Of a DNA stretch of 64,000 nucleotides, positions 48,461-62,251 are shown in pieces (within the stretch, counting starts at the first letter, position 1; each line of letters opens with the position of its first letter). The position numbers and the translations under genes are program-made. The notes under the pieces are model-generated. The model worked only from the letters and a program-made list of their open reading frames with translations, was not told where the DNA came from and searched no databases. This DNA is from Octopus vulgaris (Eukaryota), in the NCBI GenBank assembly GCA_951406725.2, contig OX597820.1, positions 46,872,001-46,936,000 on the forward strand, given 5' to 3'.

Positions 48461-50260
48461 CCTCCTCCTCCTCCTCCTTCTCCCCACCACCACCACCATC
48501 ATCATTGTCATCATCATTTGTTCATTTTCCATGTTGGCATAGATTGGATAGTTTGACAGGAACCAGAGAGCTGCAGGGCAAGGCCAAGCTCCAGCATCAG
48601 CTTTGGCATGGTTTCAATAGCTAGATGTACATTCTAATGCCAAAAAGATATAATATATCTATATATATATATATATATATATACAAATGAATCTTAACCA
48701 CTTGTACACATATAACTAAAGAAACTATTGTTACCAAGAAGTGCCATTTCGTTAATGAAACTCTTATGAAATTTTTTCCATTCATCTGATGTACATTTGT
48801 GTTGATAATTGTGTCCCTAAGTTAAGATAATTATCATCCTCAGGTCATGGCACAAATTCACAGATTTGTAAGTAGGAATATAGGTAAGTGACTCATCCTC
48901 AGTACATGGCTGGTTCTATATTTTATAACTCCCAAGAGATGAAACGCAAAGTCAAAGCAGGCAGGATTTGAACAAAGTATGTAAGGGAGCATAATTAAAT
49001 TCAGCAAAGTCATTAGTCTGGTACTCTGCTGCTCCTGTCACCCCATCATTCTAAAGTTAAGAGAATAATGATTTCTTGTAATGGAACATGGTTACAATCT
49101 TATTGTTATTATCATTATTGTTGTATAAGGGAGCAAGCTGGCGGAATTGTTAGCAAGTTGGACAAAATACTTGGCAGCATTTCTTCCAGCCCTTTATGCT
49201 CTGGGTTCAAATTCTACCAATGTTGATTTAAATTTTTTTTGCCCCCTTTTCATCCTTTCAGAGTTGATAAAATAAATACTAGTTGATGACTAGACTCAAT
49301 GTAATCATCTTACCTACTCCTTTAAAATAGCTGGCCTTGTGCAAAACTTGAAACTATTATTCTTGATGATGATGATGATGATAGCGGTGGTGATAGGGGA
49401 GTATAGTTGATTAGATTTATGCCAATGCAAGACAGTTGCTAAGTTTGAGAACCTGGTTTGATGAAATGCGTCAGTAAACGTAGCTGGATTTAAACTCAAA
49501 ATCACAGATGGATTATAGCTAAAAACTAAATAGACATTCTATCATACCTATTCCATTATCTTCAGATAAAATAATAATACAAAATAATAATAATAATAAC
49601 AACAAAAACATATAGATAGATATAGATATATAAATATATCTTTATGTGCATGTCTTTGTGCCTGTGTTTGTCCTCCTCCAATACTGCTTGAAAACTGGTG
49701 TTTGTGTGTTTATGTCCCCACAGCTTAAAGGTTTGGCAGAATGGACTAGGTTTAAGTACAGGGCGTCGCCTTGTTCTGCTAAAATTCTTCAAGGTGGTAC
49801 CCCAGCAAGGCCAGTCTGACTGAAACAAAGTAAAAGATACACACACACATGAAAGGTGTTTTACAGTTTCCATCAACTAAAATCCACTCACAAGTGGGTT
49901 AGTCAATTACAATTCCTTCAGTACTTGACTGGTAATTGACTTTATTGATCACAAAAGGATGAAAGGTAAAGATGACCTTGGTGGGAATTGAGCTCAAATT
50001 GCAAAGAGTCAGAAGAAATGCTGCTAAGCATTGTTTGGTATGCTAACAATTCTGCCAGTTTGCCACCACCAGAGAAAAACACATAACAAAAGGTGATGTC
50101 ACTAGATATGATGGTAATAAGTAGTTAATGCTAAAAGTTGTGATGGTAATTTGTCATGAATAAAGAAACAAATTAACTGGTGCGATATAATGAATAAGGC
50201 AATACTAAATATAGTGGTATTTCATTAGATTCACATACCATGAAAATTTGTCAGTTGTGT

Positions 50261-50307
<47 letters not shown>

Positions 50308-51609
50308 GCATTTTATATTCAGATGGATGTAATTTTTCTTTTCTCTTAATGACAATGATATAGATGATGAGAATAATGATGATAATAATAACTATTAAAA
50401 TAAGAAAGATAATGATAGCAACAATAAGAATGAAGATAATCACCATAGATGATGATGATACTGATGACCATAATACTAATATTTTGTTACAGTTGATGAT
50501 GATGATGATAATAATAATAATAATAGAATAATGATTACAAAGCTAATGATTAAGATGAAAATGATGATATAGGAATGACAGTTTTGATGATAATGATAAT
50601 AAAAATTTGCCTTGATGCAGTACTAGGCACTGGCTCTCATGGCTTCTGATCTTAACTGATTGGAAGTGTTGTCATGCACATATTTTGTCTTGGTATAAAC
50701 GGATGACTACAGCAAATGTTCTGCTCAATACCACGGATTTGCTTGTCAGTTGCTTGACCTTAACCAGTTGAGCATGTCCCTTAATGGCTGATGATATGTG
50801 CATCTCTGATCACGAGCAGAAGTAGTGGGGAAGCATCATAGCCATGTGTTGACCGGAATTCTTTGGGATTTGAATAATTTGCCATTGGAAACATGGGTGC
50901 TTCATTCATCATCCTTAAACAACCCTTAAACAGAGAATTTTTGAGTTGTATAGGCTACTCAACCTGCATAAAATTCTAACTGGGCTCCAGCTGCAAAGTC
51001 ATATGCTGTTTATCTTGATAGGAGATCATTATGTCACACACTTAGAGTTATGATACATGTGTCTGGTGTACTCTTATTAGACGTGTAGTCATGATGGGCA
51101 TAGTGACCTTCATATATTTGTACCCCAGCCTCACTTTGATGGCACTCACTGCTCTCTCTCACTCAATTATATATAAATAACAATAATAATAATGATTTCA
51201 CACTTTGGTACAAAGTCAGCAATTTATTGTGACTGAGGCAGGCAGGTGCAGCCCACCCCAACCTTTGGGTTGGCTGGCTGGTGCCCTTTCTCCTTTGCTA
51301 TCATTAGGCTTTTTTGGAGTTGGATTTTCTACAAGGAGCATGCCCTTGCTTACCCCCAATCTCAGTTTCTAGATATAAGTGGTCTTGAGACCAAGGCCTC
51401 TACCACGATTTTTAACAAATGTAGTGGAAAACTAGCTCAGGAAGGCAGGGACGCTACTCCCTGGGACTCTTTTCGTAGCCCCGCTATATCCTGATTGCAG
51501 GGTATAATTCTTTTATTGTTCCATTTCATCAACACAAATTGTTTTGATGTGTCATGACACATTTTATGCCATGTAGATTGCTCTGGCAATAACTTTCCCA
51601 AGATGTCAA

Positions 51610-52500
51610 ACTAATTTTGGTGCAAGGTCAGTAAATTCAGGGGAGCAAGTAAGTTGATTACATTGACCCCAGTATTCAACCCAAAAGGACAAAAGGCAAA
51701 GTTGACCCTGGTGGCATTTGACCTCAGAACATAAAGATGGATGCAATGTTGCAAAGCATTTTGCCTGGCAGCATGCTAACGATTCTTATTTCTTTATTGC
51801 CCACAAGGAGTGGTTAGCGTTAGGAAGGGCATCCAGCTGTAGAAACTCTGCCAGATCAGACTGGAGCCTGGTGCAGTCCCTGGCTTCCCAGACCCCGGTC
51901 GAACCGTCCAACCCGTGCTAGCGCGGAAAACGGACGTTAAACGATGATGATGATGATGATGAAGGGGTTAAACAAAGAGGGGACAAACAAGGACAGACAA
52001 AGGGATTAAGTCAATTACATTGACCCCAGTGCATAACTGATACTTAATTTATCGACCCCGAAAGGATGAAAGGCAAAGTCGACTTCGGCGGAATTTGAAC
52101 TCAGAATGTAACGGCAGATGAAATACCGCTAAGCATTTCGCCCGGCATGCTAACGATTCTGCCAGCTTGCTGCCTTGATAATAATAATAATAATAATAAT
52201 CCTTTCTACTCGAGGCACAAGGCCCGAAATTTGGTGGGAGGGGGTTAGTCAATTATAACCCCCAGTACTTGATTGGTACATCCGACCCTGTAAGGATGAA
52301 AGGCAAAATCAACTTCGGTGGATAAGCGTTTTTGCTATAGTCTCAAGGCTCGAAATTCTGTGGAAGCAGAGCAAGTTGATTACACCAACTCCAGTACTCA
52401 ACTGCTACTTATTTAATCGACCCTGAAAGGATGAAAGACAAAGTCAATGCCAAAGACATTTGAACTTAGAATGCAGAGATAGATGAAATGCCGTTAATCA
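51610..52500 (-). mobile_element. family A SINE array with a nested family C fragment (51809-51961, AAGG on both sides)
   Basis: host sequence cccacaagg|ggttaaac is split by the insert. Confidence 0.8.
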
Positions 52501-52615
52501 ACAACAATCATATTTCTGTAGTATTGTTGCTATTTTTTAGTCCCTGATTAGCTTTGACTGAGTAGACTTACAACCAAAGGCATTTCAACCATAACAATCC
52601 TGTCTTTATATGTTA

Positions 52616-53010
52616 CTAGCAGTATTGCCCGCGTTGCTCAGGTTTGTAAGGGAAATAACTATATAAGCATTTTTAGAGATGTAAAGTATAATAGCCATCT
52701 CAATATGGCTAACCACAAAGGGGGGTGTTACTGTAGCTTTTTTACGTTCTGAGATTTAATAATAAATTTTTAGAGAGTTACTTCCCTTATATATGCTAAA
52801 AATGCATTAAAAATGGGAAAAATTGTTGGTAAATTTTTTTTTAAATCGTAGACTCATCGTAGATGCGCGCTAATACCCAGAAGGGCTCGATATGAATCAC
52901 GACTATAAGATACCCGGTTTTGGTTAAACTGCACCGCAAAATGTGGGAGTAGTTAGGAATCTAAATTGTAGGAGACAGACAGCACACAACCTCTCTTCTA
53001 TATATAAAGA
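52616..53010 (-). mobile_element. non-autonomous Helitron
   Basis: 5' TCTTTATATATA, 3' CTAG with GC-rich subterminal segment gagcaacgcgggc, inserted between A and T, no TSD. Confidence 0.8.
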
Positions 53011-53822
53011 TTTTCTTTTTTTGGCAGCCGTAGTGCATCCAGGACCACATCATCTAATGTGTCTTTTCCCTTGTTTCTGTAAAACAGAGGGATGTAAGTT
53101 GAGGGTGATTTGACTGCTATTTTTAGCAAGTTGAGTGATCACATAAATGCACACTTCTTTGATAAAAAAAAAGTTCAACATATCACAGGTTAAAGTTGAT
53201 ATGTCAGGATTATCAACAAACTTAATGAAATAGGAGAGTGATGGAGAGGTTGTTGGTGTCGTTTACCCTTCCCCACACTGCCATCAACCCCAATCATGCA
53301 GGCCTATAATGAAAAGCATTTCAGCTATGAGCATCATGTCCTTTTCTAAGCGTAATGCACCTAGGACTATATTATTTGGTGTATCCTTCTTTTCTAAGAA
53401 GGTAGGATGTGATCTGAATACGTGGCTGCTATTTCTTCCAGGTTGAGAAGCCACATAAAGGCTCCCTTGCTGATATGGAATATTGATGATTGTAATGATG
53501 GTGATCATGCTGTTAATGATAACGATGATGATGATAATGAGCCTAGGCAAGTATTTAACTTCACTTGAAAAATATTCTTCAACTTTATAACATTTATTTG
53601 TATCATATCAACAGCCAAGTTTTTGAAAATTCTAAAAAGAAACCACACTTTATTTTTGTTTGGACTATAATGAAAAAATGTCTTTCTCAGTCTGCCACTG
53701 TTTTATGTCAAAGATAAATATTCAATGAGGAAGAAAAAAAATAAAAAGTTGGTATTAAGAAATGAAAAACAACAATAGATAATGATGATGACAATAGGCT
53801 AAACATTTGAGATAAACCTATG

Positions 53823-53860
<38 letters not shown>

Positions 53861-54785
53861 AACACACATATATATACATGTCAAATCTTCTTTAAGAAAG
53901 ATTAAAATTCAAAAAACAACTTCAAAAGCTGATGTTTTAAACAGAAATCTTCATATTTCTAGAATGCTTTTAAACAAACCGAATAAAAAATGCTGAAAAA
54001 ACAGTTAAACTTACAGGTGTAAGCATGCCTCTAGTCAATCCTTGTCTACTTTCCACAGACCCCCACCAACAACAACAATGATGGAAAGAGGTCAGTTAGA
54101 GAAGGGGGCAGTCAAGCAGATTTTTCAGAAACATTCATTTAAATCATGCAAAGGTATACAATGTACCTTTTTTCTTATTTCCTCTCACTCACTTCTCTGC
54201 CTTCCAGTTGCCAACACAAAAGCCTTAATTCAGTGTAACAGGGTGTACAGGTGGTAATGGGGGTGTATAGTGATGTTGAAGGGAAAGATACAGGTAGGCA
54301 GGTATGTTAGTAAATAGGTAGGTATGTACACCAATTTTTAACCAGCAGGCCTTGCATGGACTAACCCCACCATCAACACCACCGGCCATAGAAGATGAGG
54401 ATTATAAAGTGGGTGGGTAGCAAGGCTGATATGTACATGTGTGTATACAAGATATTGTGTGTATACATAGTGTGTAAATGAAAAGAATGTATGTTGAGAA
54501 TATAAATACAATTAGATATAAGTGTATGATGATGATGCATGTACGTGTATATGTGTATGTATATATGTGTGAGTGTATGTGTAGGTGTATAAGTTTTAGG
54601 TGTTTATATCTGTATATAGATGTGTACTTGCATGTAGTTATGCATTATGATGTAGGTATGCATATGATGATGACAAAGATGACAATGAAGATGATAATGG
54701 ATATATGTAACCTGCATTATAAAGTGTCTAAAAATAATAAGAACAGCCATGTGTTTGTTGAAGAAAAGGAAAACTGATGATTTAA

Positions 54786-55007
54786 CCCTTTCGTTGCTGT
54801 ATTTATTTTGAGATGCTCTGTGTTTCTTTCAATTACTTTAAATATAACAAAGAATTTAGTAAAATAACTTAGTTATCATTCAGCTAGTGTTAGGAACATT
54901 AATTGTGACTAACGGTTTGGTGGAAGATTTTAATTCAAAACTTATGAAAATAAGACATTTGTACTCAGAGTCAGAGCCAGGGTTCAGCCGGGTTAGTAAC
55001 GAAAGGG
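54786..55007. mobile_element. piggyBac-like MITE; related copies at ~10905-11045, 11361-12134, 16417-16570
   Basis: TTAA-CCCTTTCGTTGCT ... AGTAACGAAAGGG-ATAA. Confidence 0.8.
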
Positions 55008-56533
55008 ATAAATATATATTTCTTTATTGCCCACAAGCGGCTAAACATAGAGGGGACAAACAAGGACAGACTAAGGGAATAAGTCGATTACATCGACCCC
55101 AGTGCGTAACTGGTACTTTATTTATCGACCCCGAAAGGATGAAAGGCAAAGTCGACCTTGGCGGAATTTGAACTCAGAATGTAACGGCAGACGAAATACC
55201 ACTAATTATTTCGCCTGGTGCACTAACATTTCTGCCAGCTTGCCGCCTGATGATATAAATATATATAGCCTACCTTTTGTAATGAATGTTTTTACCTTGA
55301 GTTTGTATATTCCAACACACACACACACACACAAAGAGTATAAACCCAATTAGCATTGTTAATTTATTCTGTGGAAATGCCATACTAATTGACCATCAGT
55401 GTACACATGAATGACAGCTCAAATGAGCTGAGAGAAAATCTGTATACAAGAGGAATCAGATGTAGTGTGTAACAAGGAAGGCTAAGCTGTTATGGACATG
55501 TATCTGCACATAGAGAATAAGAGTTGAGTAAAGAAGTACCAAGTGATCTTAGCGGTATAGGAAACTGAAAAAGAAAGGATAAAGGAAGATATATAGGAAT
55601 AAGAGATGAAAGTTGATTTCAAGTGGTTGACCTTCACAACAGAAGGCATATGGCTCAATGGTTACTGTATTTTGCTCATAACGGTAAGGTCACAAGTTTG
55701 ATTCCCAGCAGTGCTTTGAATACTTGAGCAAGACACTATTTCATGCTGCTCCAGTCCACTCAGCTGGCAAAAAAGAAAAAAAAAAGAAAATGAGTTGTAT
55801 CTGTAGTTCAATGAATCAGCCTTGTCACATTTGCATGACACACTGAATCTCCCTGAGAACTACATTAAGGATATGCATGTCTGTGAAATGCTCAGCCACT
55901 TGCATGTTATTTTCATGAGCCGGCTGTTCTGTTGATTGGGTTAACTGGAACACTTGTCATCATAAGTGATGGAGTGCCCAGACTGTCTCTTCTTTTAACG
56001 TTCTCTGACAAGTTGTTGTGCACCTGCCCAATATATACAATAAGCTTATTATTATCATTATGTAAGGCAGCGAGCTGGCAGAATCATTAACACACTGGTT
56101 GAAATGCTTAGCAGTATTTCTTCTACCTTTGCATTCTGAGTTCAAATTCTGCTGACATTGACTTTGCTTTTCATTCTTTCAAGCTCAGTTAAATAAGTAC
56201 AAGTTGAGCACATATAATCAACTAGCCCCTCTCCTACATTTCTAGGCCTTGTGCCTATAGTAGAAAGAATTATTATTATTATTATATTGTAGTATAACGT
56301 GTTTGAATGTGATGTAGCTAGTTGTTTAAAATTAAAAAATTTTATCCAACAGCCTATATGTATGTTTATAGAATATGCAACCAATCGATGCAAATGTTTT
56401 AGAAATCTGCACTTCCTTAGGTACTGTTACTTGTCTTAGTATATGATTACAAGGATATGTCTGAGATTTGATGTCCACACCAACTCTCTGGGTTAAATCC
56501 TCTTGTTTATCTAGAGTATAACGGTAAATTATA

Positions 56534-57788
56534 TTGGGTCATCCCATAAATAATGCAGTTTTTACAATTGCATGAACTAAAAGTTGGAGAGGGATAAGAA
56601 TAAACTACCTGCATCAACTTGCTATAAAAGCAGGTAGTAATTTTACTTTGTACTTATTCTTAGTGCAAGTTTTGAAGAGTGCAGTTCGATTTTAACAGCT
56701 ATTTTTTCAAAGCTATAATGGAAGTGACAAAGGAGCATATTCGACATATTTTGCTTTGAGTTCAATAAAGGCAATAATACAATGGAAAGTTTGAGGAATA
56801 TAAATGCTGTATATGGGGATTGGACAATAAGTGTAAGCCAGTGTCAATGGTGGTTCCAGAAATTCTGAGCTGGAAACTACAGCCTAGAAGACAAGACTCA
56901 TCCTGGAAGATTTGTAGAGCTCAACAAGGACGTCCTGCAAACCCTGGTGGAACAAAATCACATGGTAACTGTTGAGGAACTAGCAGAGAAGCTTGGATTT
57001 GGTCATTCAACCATTCATCAACACCTGCATGCCATCAGAAAAGTCAGTAAATTGGATTAATGGGTTCCTCACAAACTTTCCAAGTCTAACTGCATGCAGA
57101 GAGTGAATGTGTGCTGTTCTTTGCTGTCACATCTCACGAATGAACCTTTTTTGGACCAAATAGTGACTGGTGATATAAAAATATCAAAGTGTTGAAAACA
57201 GTGGGTAAGGAAAGAAGAAACACCAGCACCTCAGGTTGAAGATCTTCACCCATGTAAGGTGTTATCTGTTAGGTGGGATAGGAAAGGTTTAGTCCACTGA
57301 ACTTTTAAACCCAAACCAAATGACAACAAAGGAGATCTACTGTGAGTAGCTTGAGCGGCTTAAGTCAGCGCTAGAAGTAAAATGACCATTTTTGGTTTCA
57401 AGACGGAAAGTGTTCTTCCATCAGGATAATGCTTGGCTACATACAGTGAGGATGACATTCCAAAGGCTGGAGCAGTTTGAATGGGAAACGATGCCCCACC
57501 CACCGTATTCGCTGGACATTGCTTATCATTCATTTTGCAGTCTTCAAAATCATTTGGACGGAAAAAATATGATTTCTGTAGATGGAGTCACAACAGTACT
57601 GGAAGAGTGTTTTTTGTCATGAGCAAGTGAATTTTGGAAGAGGGGCCTTGCAAGTCTACCAGATAGAAGGAAGAGTATTAGAGAAAATGAAGGAGAGTAT
57701 ATTTTAGATTAAAAGAGAATTTTGTTTATATTAATTTTGAAAGATAAAAGAAGTATAAAAAAAATGCATTATTCATGGGATGACCCAA
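56534..57788 (+). mobile_element. full-length defective mariner transposon (transposase pseudogene ~56718-57711)
   Basis: ~30-bp TIRs TTGGGTCATCCCAT.AATAATGCA, TA TSD, motifs WVPHKL, IVTGD, HQDNA, HPPYSLDIA; several stops and frameshifts. Confidence 0.93.
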
Positions 57789-58501
57789 TATATAGGGTTC
57801 CTTTTTTGAAGTCATCATCACCACTATCATCAAATGTATATAAGTGTATTCTCATTTATAGATATTGTGGAGGGAACACAATCTCCAATTGTGGAAGGAA
57901 CACGTGAAAGAGGTTGAACAAGGAAGACGTGGAACAAATTGGTGAGAAAGGGTCTTCAAACACTGAGCCTCACAGAGGGGATGACAAGGGACCAAAACTC
58001 CTGGAGGTCTGCTGTGCTTGAGAAGACACATCAAGAAGTAAAATCGTGATCGTTCTTGCATACAAGCATGTCTCCTACAAACCTCTCCAGCTGAGCGTTC
58101 CTAATCTTGTAGGCTTGTGGTTGCTGGAGCCATGTAAAAAGCACCTGTATTAGTACCACATAAATGCACCCATGCTGGTGCTGTGTAAAAGCACCCAATA
58201 CACTGTAAAATGGTTGATACTAGGATGGCATCCAGCCACAGAAACCATGTCAAAACAGACTGGAGCTGACCAGCAGAAGAGTTGCCTAGCTCCTGTCAAA
58301 CCGTCCAACCCATGCCAGCATGGAAAACATGTTAAGTGATGACAATGATGAGGAATGTGAGCACATTGATAAGTGTGTGCATGTGTGTTTTCTGCCTTGA
58401 TAAAGCAAAACTTTGAACCAGAGATTCTCAACGTGGGTGGCATGTGGAAGGGGGTGTTAGGCTTTAGGGTGGGGTGAGGTAGCGTATTAAATTTTATCTA
58501 T

Positions 58502-58909
58502 TGTAGTAATTATATTATAGTTGTAAAGTGGGTTCCTCCCACTGGTGTGATGTGTGATTGCCAGTGTACAATAGTTGTTGTTTTATGCTAGTAGCCACAA
58601 TAGTTACTAGTCATTGGATACTGTTGTATCTCTTCATACTGGAATAGTAATAGACTAACTTCTGTCTTACTATCACTGATAGCTCAACAAGACACCGACT
58701 AGGACTGTCGATTCTCGACCCTCTCTTGACGACCGGCTACTGGTCTATTTATAATGGCTGGCTCCTACAAGGAAGATTGTACAGTTTCACTATACAATAT
58801 CTCTTAATTATTTTATTTAACAATTAATTTCTTTTATTTACCCTGCTTCCTCTTTTTTTATATATATATATATATATACTCAATATCTCTTCATCTTAGG
58901 GTCACTATA
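58502..58909 (-). mobile_element. possible solo LTR
   Basis: TGTAGT...ACTATA termini, internal TATAAATA, CpG-rich middle; no TSD found. Confidence 0.35.
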
Positions 58910-61008
58910 GCAACTAATGTGGCCAGTAAGTTGTTATACACACTTGCATAAAAAAAAAAACAAGAACAAAAAAAAAAGAACCCTGACTGGGATCTAAAAG
59001 CTCAGACAAATAATAGTAATAGTAATTGTAAATTCAAATAATTAAACAAAAAGTTCTTATATTTCAATGAGGAAAAGTAAAATTCTGTAAAAACTATTTA
59101 ACATTACGTATAGCCATGGAGTGTAAAAATCCACTCTGGAATTAGATAGCAAGAAACAACTAATGCCTTGTGAATGGGAATTGATTATTGGAAACTAGAT
59201 GGATAAATATATCATCATTGATTAATGTTTGCTTTTCCATGCTTGCATGGATCAGACAGAATTTGTTTAAGAAGATTTAAGATTTTCTATGGGCAGATAC
59301 TCTTCCTGTTCTGAACACTCCCCTGTTTTTGAGTAAGGTAATATTTCTCCCAAAGCCAGACCCATTTTCATGGCAGACTGGAGGCAAACAGTGCAGCAAG
59401 TACGATGATACCCATTCACAATCATCACATGATGTCAAAACAAGGGTAAATACACACACACACATACAAATACACATGTACATAAATATACACACTTTGG
59501 GTTTCTTTCAATTGTCATTTACCCAATCTGGTGACAAGCATTCGTATGGCTTGAGTCTATAGTGGGAGATGTTTGCTTAAGGTGCTGCAGAGTAGGACTG
59601 AATACAAAACCAAGTGGTTCACATACATTATCCATAACACAGATGGGAATTCATTTTGGTGCCATTTGTTGGACTCCATAATGAATTCCCTTCCATTCTA
59701 CATGGTCATGTTCCACTGAACTGGTAACCCCAGGAATCATCATCATCATCATCATCATTTAGCATCTGCTTTCCATGCTAGCATGGGTTGGATGGTTCAA
59801 CTGGGGTCTGTGAAGCCAGAAGGCTGCATCAGGCCCAGTCTGATCTGGCAGTGCTTCTACGGCTGGATGGGGTCGATGTAATTGACTATCCCCCTCCCCA
59901 AAATTTCAGGCTTTGAGCCTTTAGTAGAAAGTATTATTATTCCATATAAATTCTTTATTTTATGTTTTCTAAAATATAATCCGTAAAAATCCAATTTTAC
60001 ATTATACTATTATATATCACTAACCAAATTATTTCTTATCTTTCTTTTTAAGAAATATTCTGGAAGAAAATGGAACTGAGAATATTGCTGCTTTTAACCT
60101 CTAATCTGTTTTATTTGTTTAGTCCCATATCAGACCTGATCGAGTTGGCCTGTGATCAAAAGCGTTGTAAAATCCTGTTTAGTGGGGGTGGTAAGGGGTC
60201 AATGTGGTGCAAAATTTTCCAGTGGCAAGGTGCAGGAATAAGATTTCAATTTCCAGTCAGAACTGCTCTTCTAACAACTTACAATTAATTTTTATACAAT
60301 GCACAGTTGTATATGTGAGTGTGAACATGTGTATTAGTCTGTACCGTTTGGTGCGTGACAATACCGGTGAGAGTCTTAAATCATAAGGCACCAAAAGAGA
60401 ATGACTCTCCCCAGACACAACAGAATATGCTTTAACACACGAACTCACATAAAGAATCTTGCAAACGAATCTCCAAAAACGAAATATATATATTGATATG
60501 TTACATATACAAAAAAGTTTAAATTAGACTCAAAGTATTGTGAAGAATCGTCCAAGGAATATTTAACAATAATTATAAAAAGAAATAAAATAATAATTCA
60601 AAGTAATTAAGCAAATGAATGGATAAAATCGTAATTCGAATTGAATTCACCGTCAAAGAACTTTGGAACTTTGTTCCAAATTGACCGCGAATATTTTATG
60701 CTACCAATATTCGAAAAAATGCCAAAAACGTAAAATATAAAATTTTTTATAAAAAATGAATTAATGAATTAAATATTGAGCGTTAATAGAATCTCCTTCA
60801 AGAATAAGAATATTGAGACTATTTGGCAACAGTTTCAAAAAGTTACTGCCCCTCTCCTCCCCAAAACACTTTACCAAAATAATTCTTCGCCATTTCCACA
60901 GACATTGTCAGCAGACTATGTCTTGGAGATATCGAGGGTGTCGAAAAGATAGAGAGGAAAGAATTCAAGGTGAATTGAAGAAATGAATGGAATCTATCGC
61001 TTGGTTAC

Positions 61009-61075
61009 CTTTTTAAGTGTGTTTTGAGTCGTCATGGTATATCTATGTATGGAACTGCTAATAAACAAACTGTCA
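61009..61075 (-). other. probable first exon of DZIP1, containing ATG-TTQNTLKK (ATG at 61035); 5' limit approximate
   Basis: AAG|GTAACC donor at 61008, ACCATG Kozak context, directly below X-box/forkhead motifs in a CpG-retaining region. Confidence 0.55.
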
Positions 61076-61148
61076 TTGTTACATTAACGACGCCGTTACC
61101 ACGTTAACGATAAACAATGTGTACGACATTATATAGCTACTTCCTGTT
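61061..61148. promoter_or_regulatory. ciliary-type promoter: RFX X-box (61095-61108), two forkhead ATAAACA sites (61061, 61110), ETS-like ACTTCCTG
   Basis: GTTAAC-GT-GGTAAC (minus strand) is one mismatch from GTNRCC-N(0-3)-RGYAAC. Confidence 0.6.
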
Positions 61149-62184
61149 TTGTAAATTACAATATTTTTGTTAATTTGAAATGAAATGTGGTTAGTTTTAT
61201 TACGAAATACATATTAACACTGATGTAGTAAAGAATCAATGTCTCCAAATAAAAAGGAAATATCTTTAATAACGAAAATTGGCGAGTGCGGCGGACGCAT
61301 AAGCAGAATAAACTTCCGGAATTCCGAGTTCAAAACCCGGATTTGGTACCCGGTTTGGGCTATTTCTCGTGTTAAGATCGCACAAAAATAAACCTAAGTC
61401 GTTAAATGAGCTCCACTAAAACTTCTCTACTTCTTATTTTTCACATTTAAACTTTTGTGTATATGTAACATATCAATATATATATATATTTCGTTTTTGG
61501 ATTTGGTTTGCAAGATTCTTTATGTGAGTTCGTGTGTTGAAGCATATTCTGTTGTGTCTGGGGAGAGTCATACTCTTTTGGTGCCTTATAATTTAAGACA
61601 CTCACCAGTAAAATTTCCACTCATTTCTTTTTTATTTTTCTAAACTTTTCGTTGTGTGTTAAATAATAAGGTACCAAAAGAGAATGACTCTCCCGACATA
61701 ACATTATGATTCTTAAAACTGTTCTACGAACGAGAACGTGAAACTACGAGTAACAGTTTTTGTGATATTTTTGCTCCCTTTTTTAATAGAAGTTAAGTCT
61801 ACTTTTATTATAATATATATATATATATATAAAATGTATCTTACAATTGTTTAAAATTATCATTGGTAATATTAATGAAATCAAATGTAAGTGCAAGGTC
61901 GCGGTTTTTAGGGATGAATATAGGTGATTTAATTCCCCATTACTAATGTCACTAACCGCGGTAAGTGTGGAAAGCAAAGTTGACACGGGAGAGAAACTAA
62001 CTCAGAATACAAAGGGACGTAAGTAACCGTGTTTCTTACTTTGCAATCGGTTAGTTTCGTATTTTTTCGTCAACCATCGTGACAAATGACCCGGAAGTAT
62101 ATGTTGGCCAATGGCAGAAAAACACGAATAGACAGAACGAATATATTGGCAACGTTGAGGGGTTTGTTAGTTTAGTAGAGAAAT

Positions 62185-62251
62185 ATGTTAGGCTCCAGTG
62201 ATATACCACCTCTTGTTGCTCTGGTGTTTTCGATCACGCTGAAACTGTCGG
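62185..62251 (+). CDS. probable first coding exon of a divergent gene, signal-peptide-like MLGSSDIPPLVALVFSITLKLS; product unknown
   Basis: ATG at 62185, hydrophobic stretch, strong donor G|GTAAGT at 62252, phase 1; no downstream exon recognised. Confidence 0.5.

Larger units (their letters stand above)
60361..61610. repeat. ~165-bp inverted repeat pair (60361-60524, 61445-61610); third partial copy at ~61660-61705
   Basis: taccggtgagagtcttaaatcataaggcacc...aaagtttaaat is mirrored. Confidence 0.9.

Noticed and set aside
54015-54440. Possible extra 5' exon with a GTAAGT donor at 54014
   Set aside because: No clear acceptor or coding signal; could be a UTR or alternative first exon but unsupported
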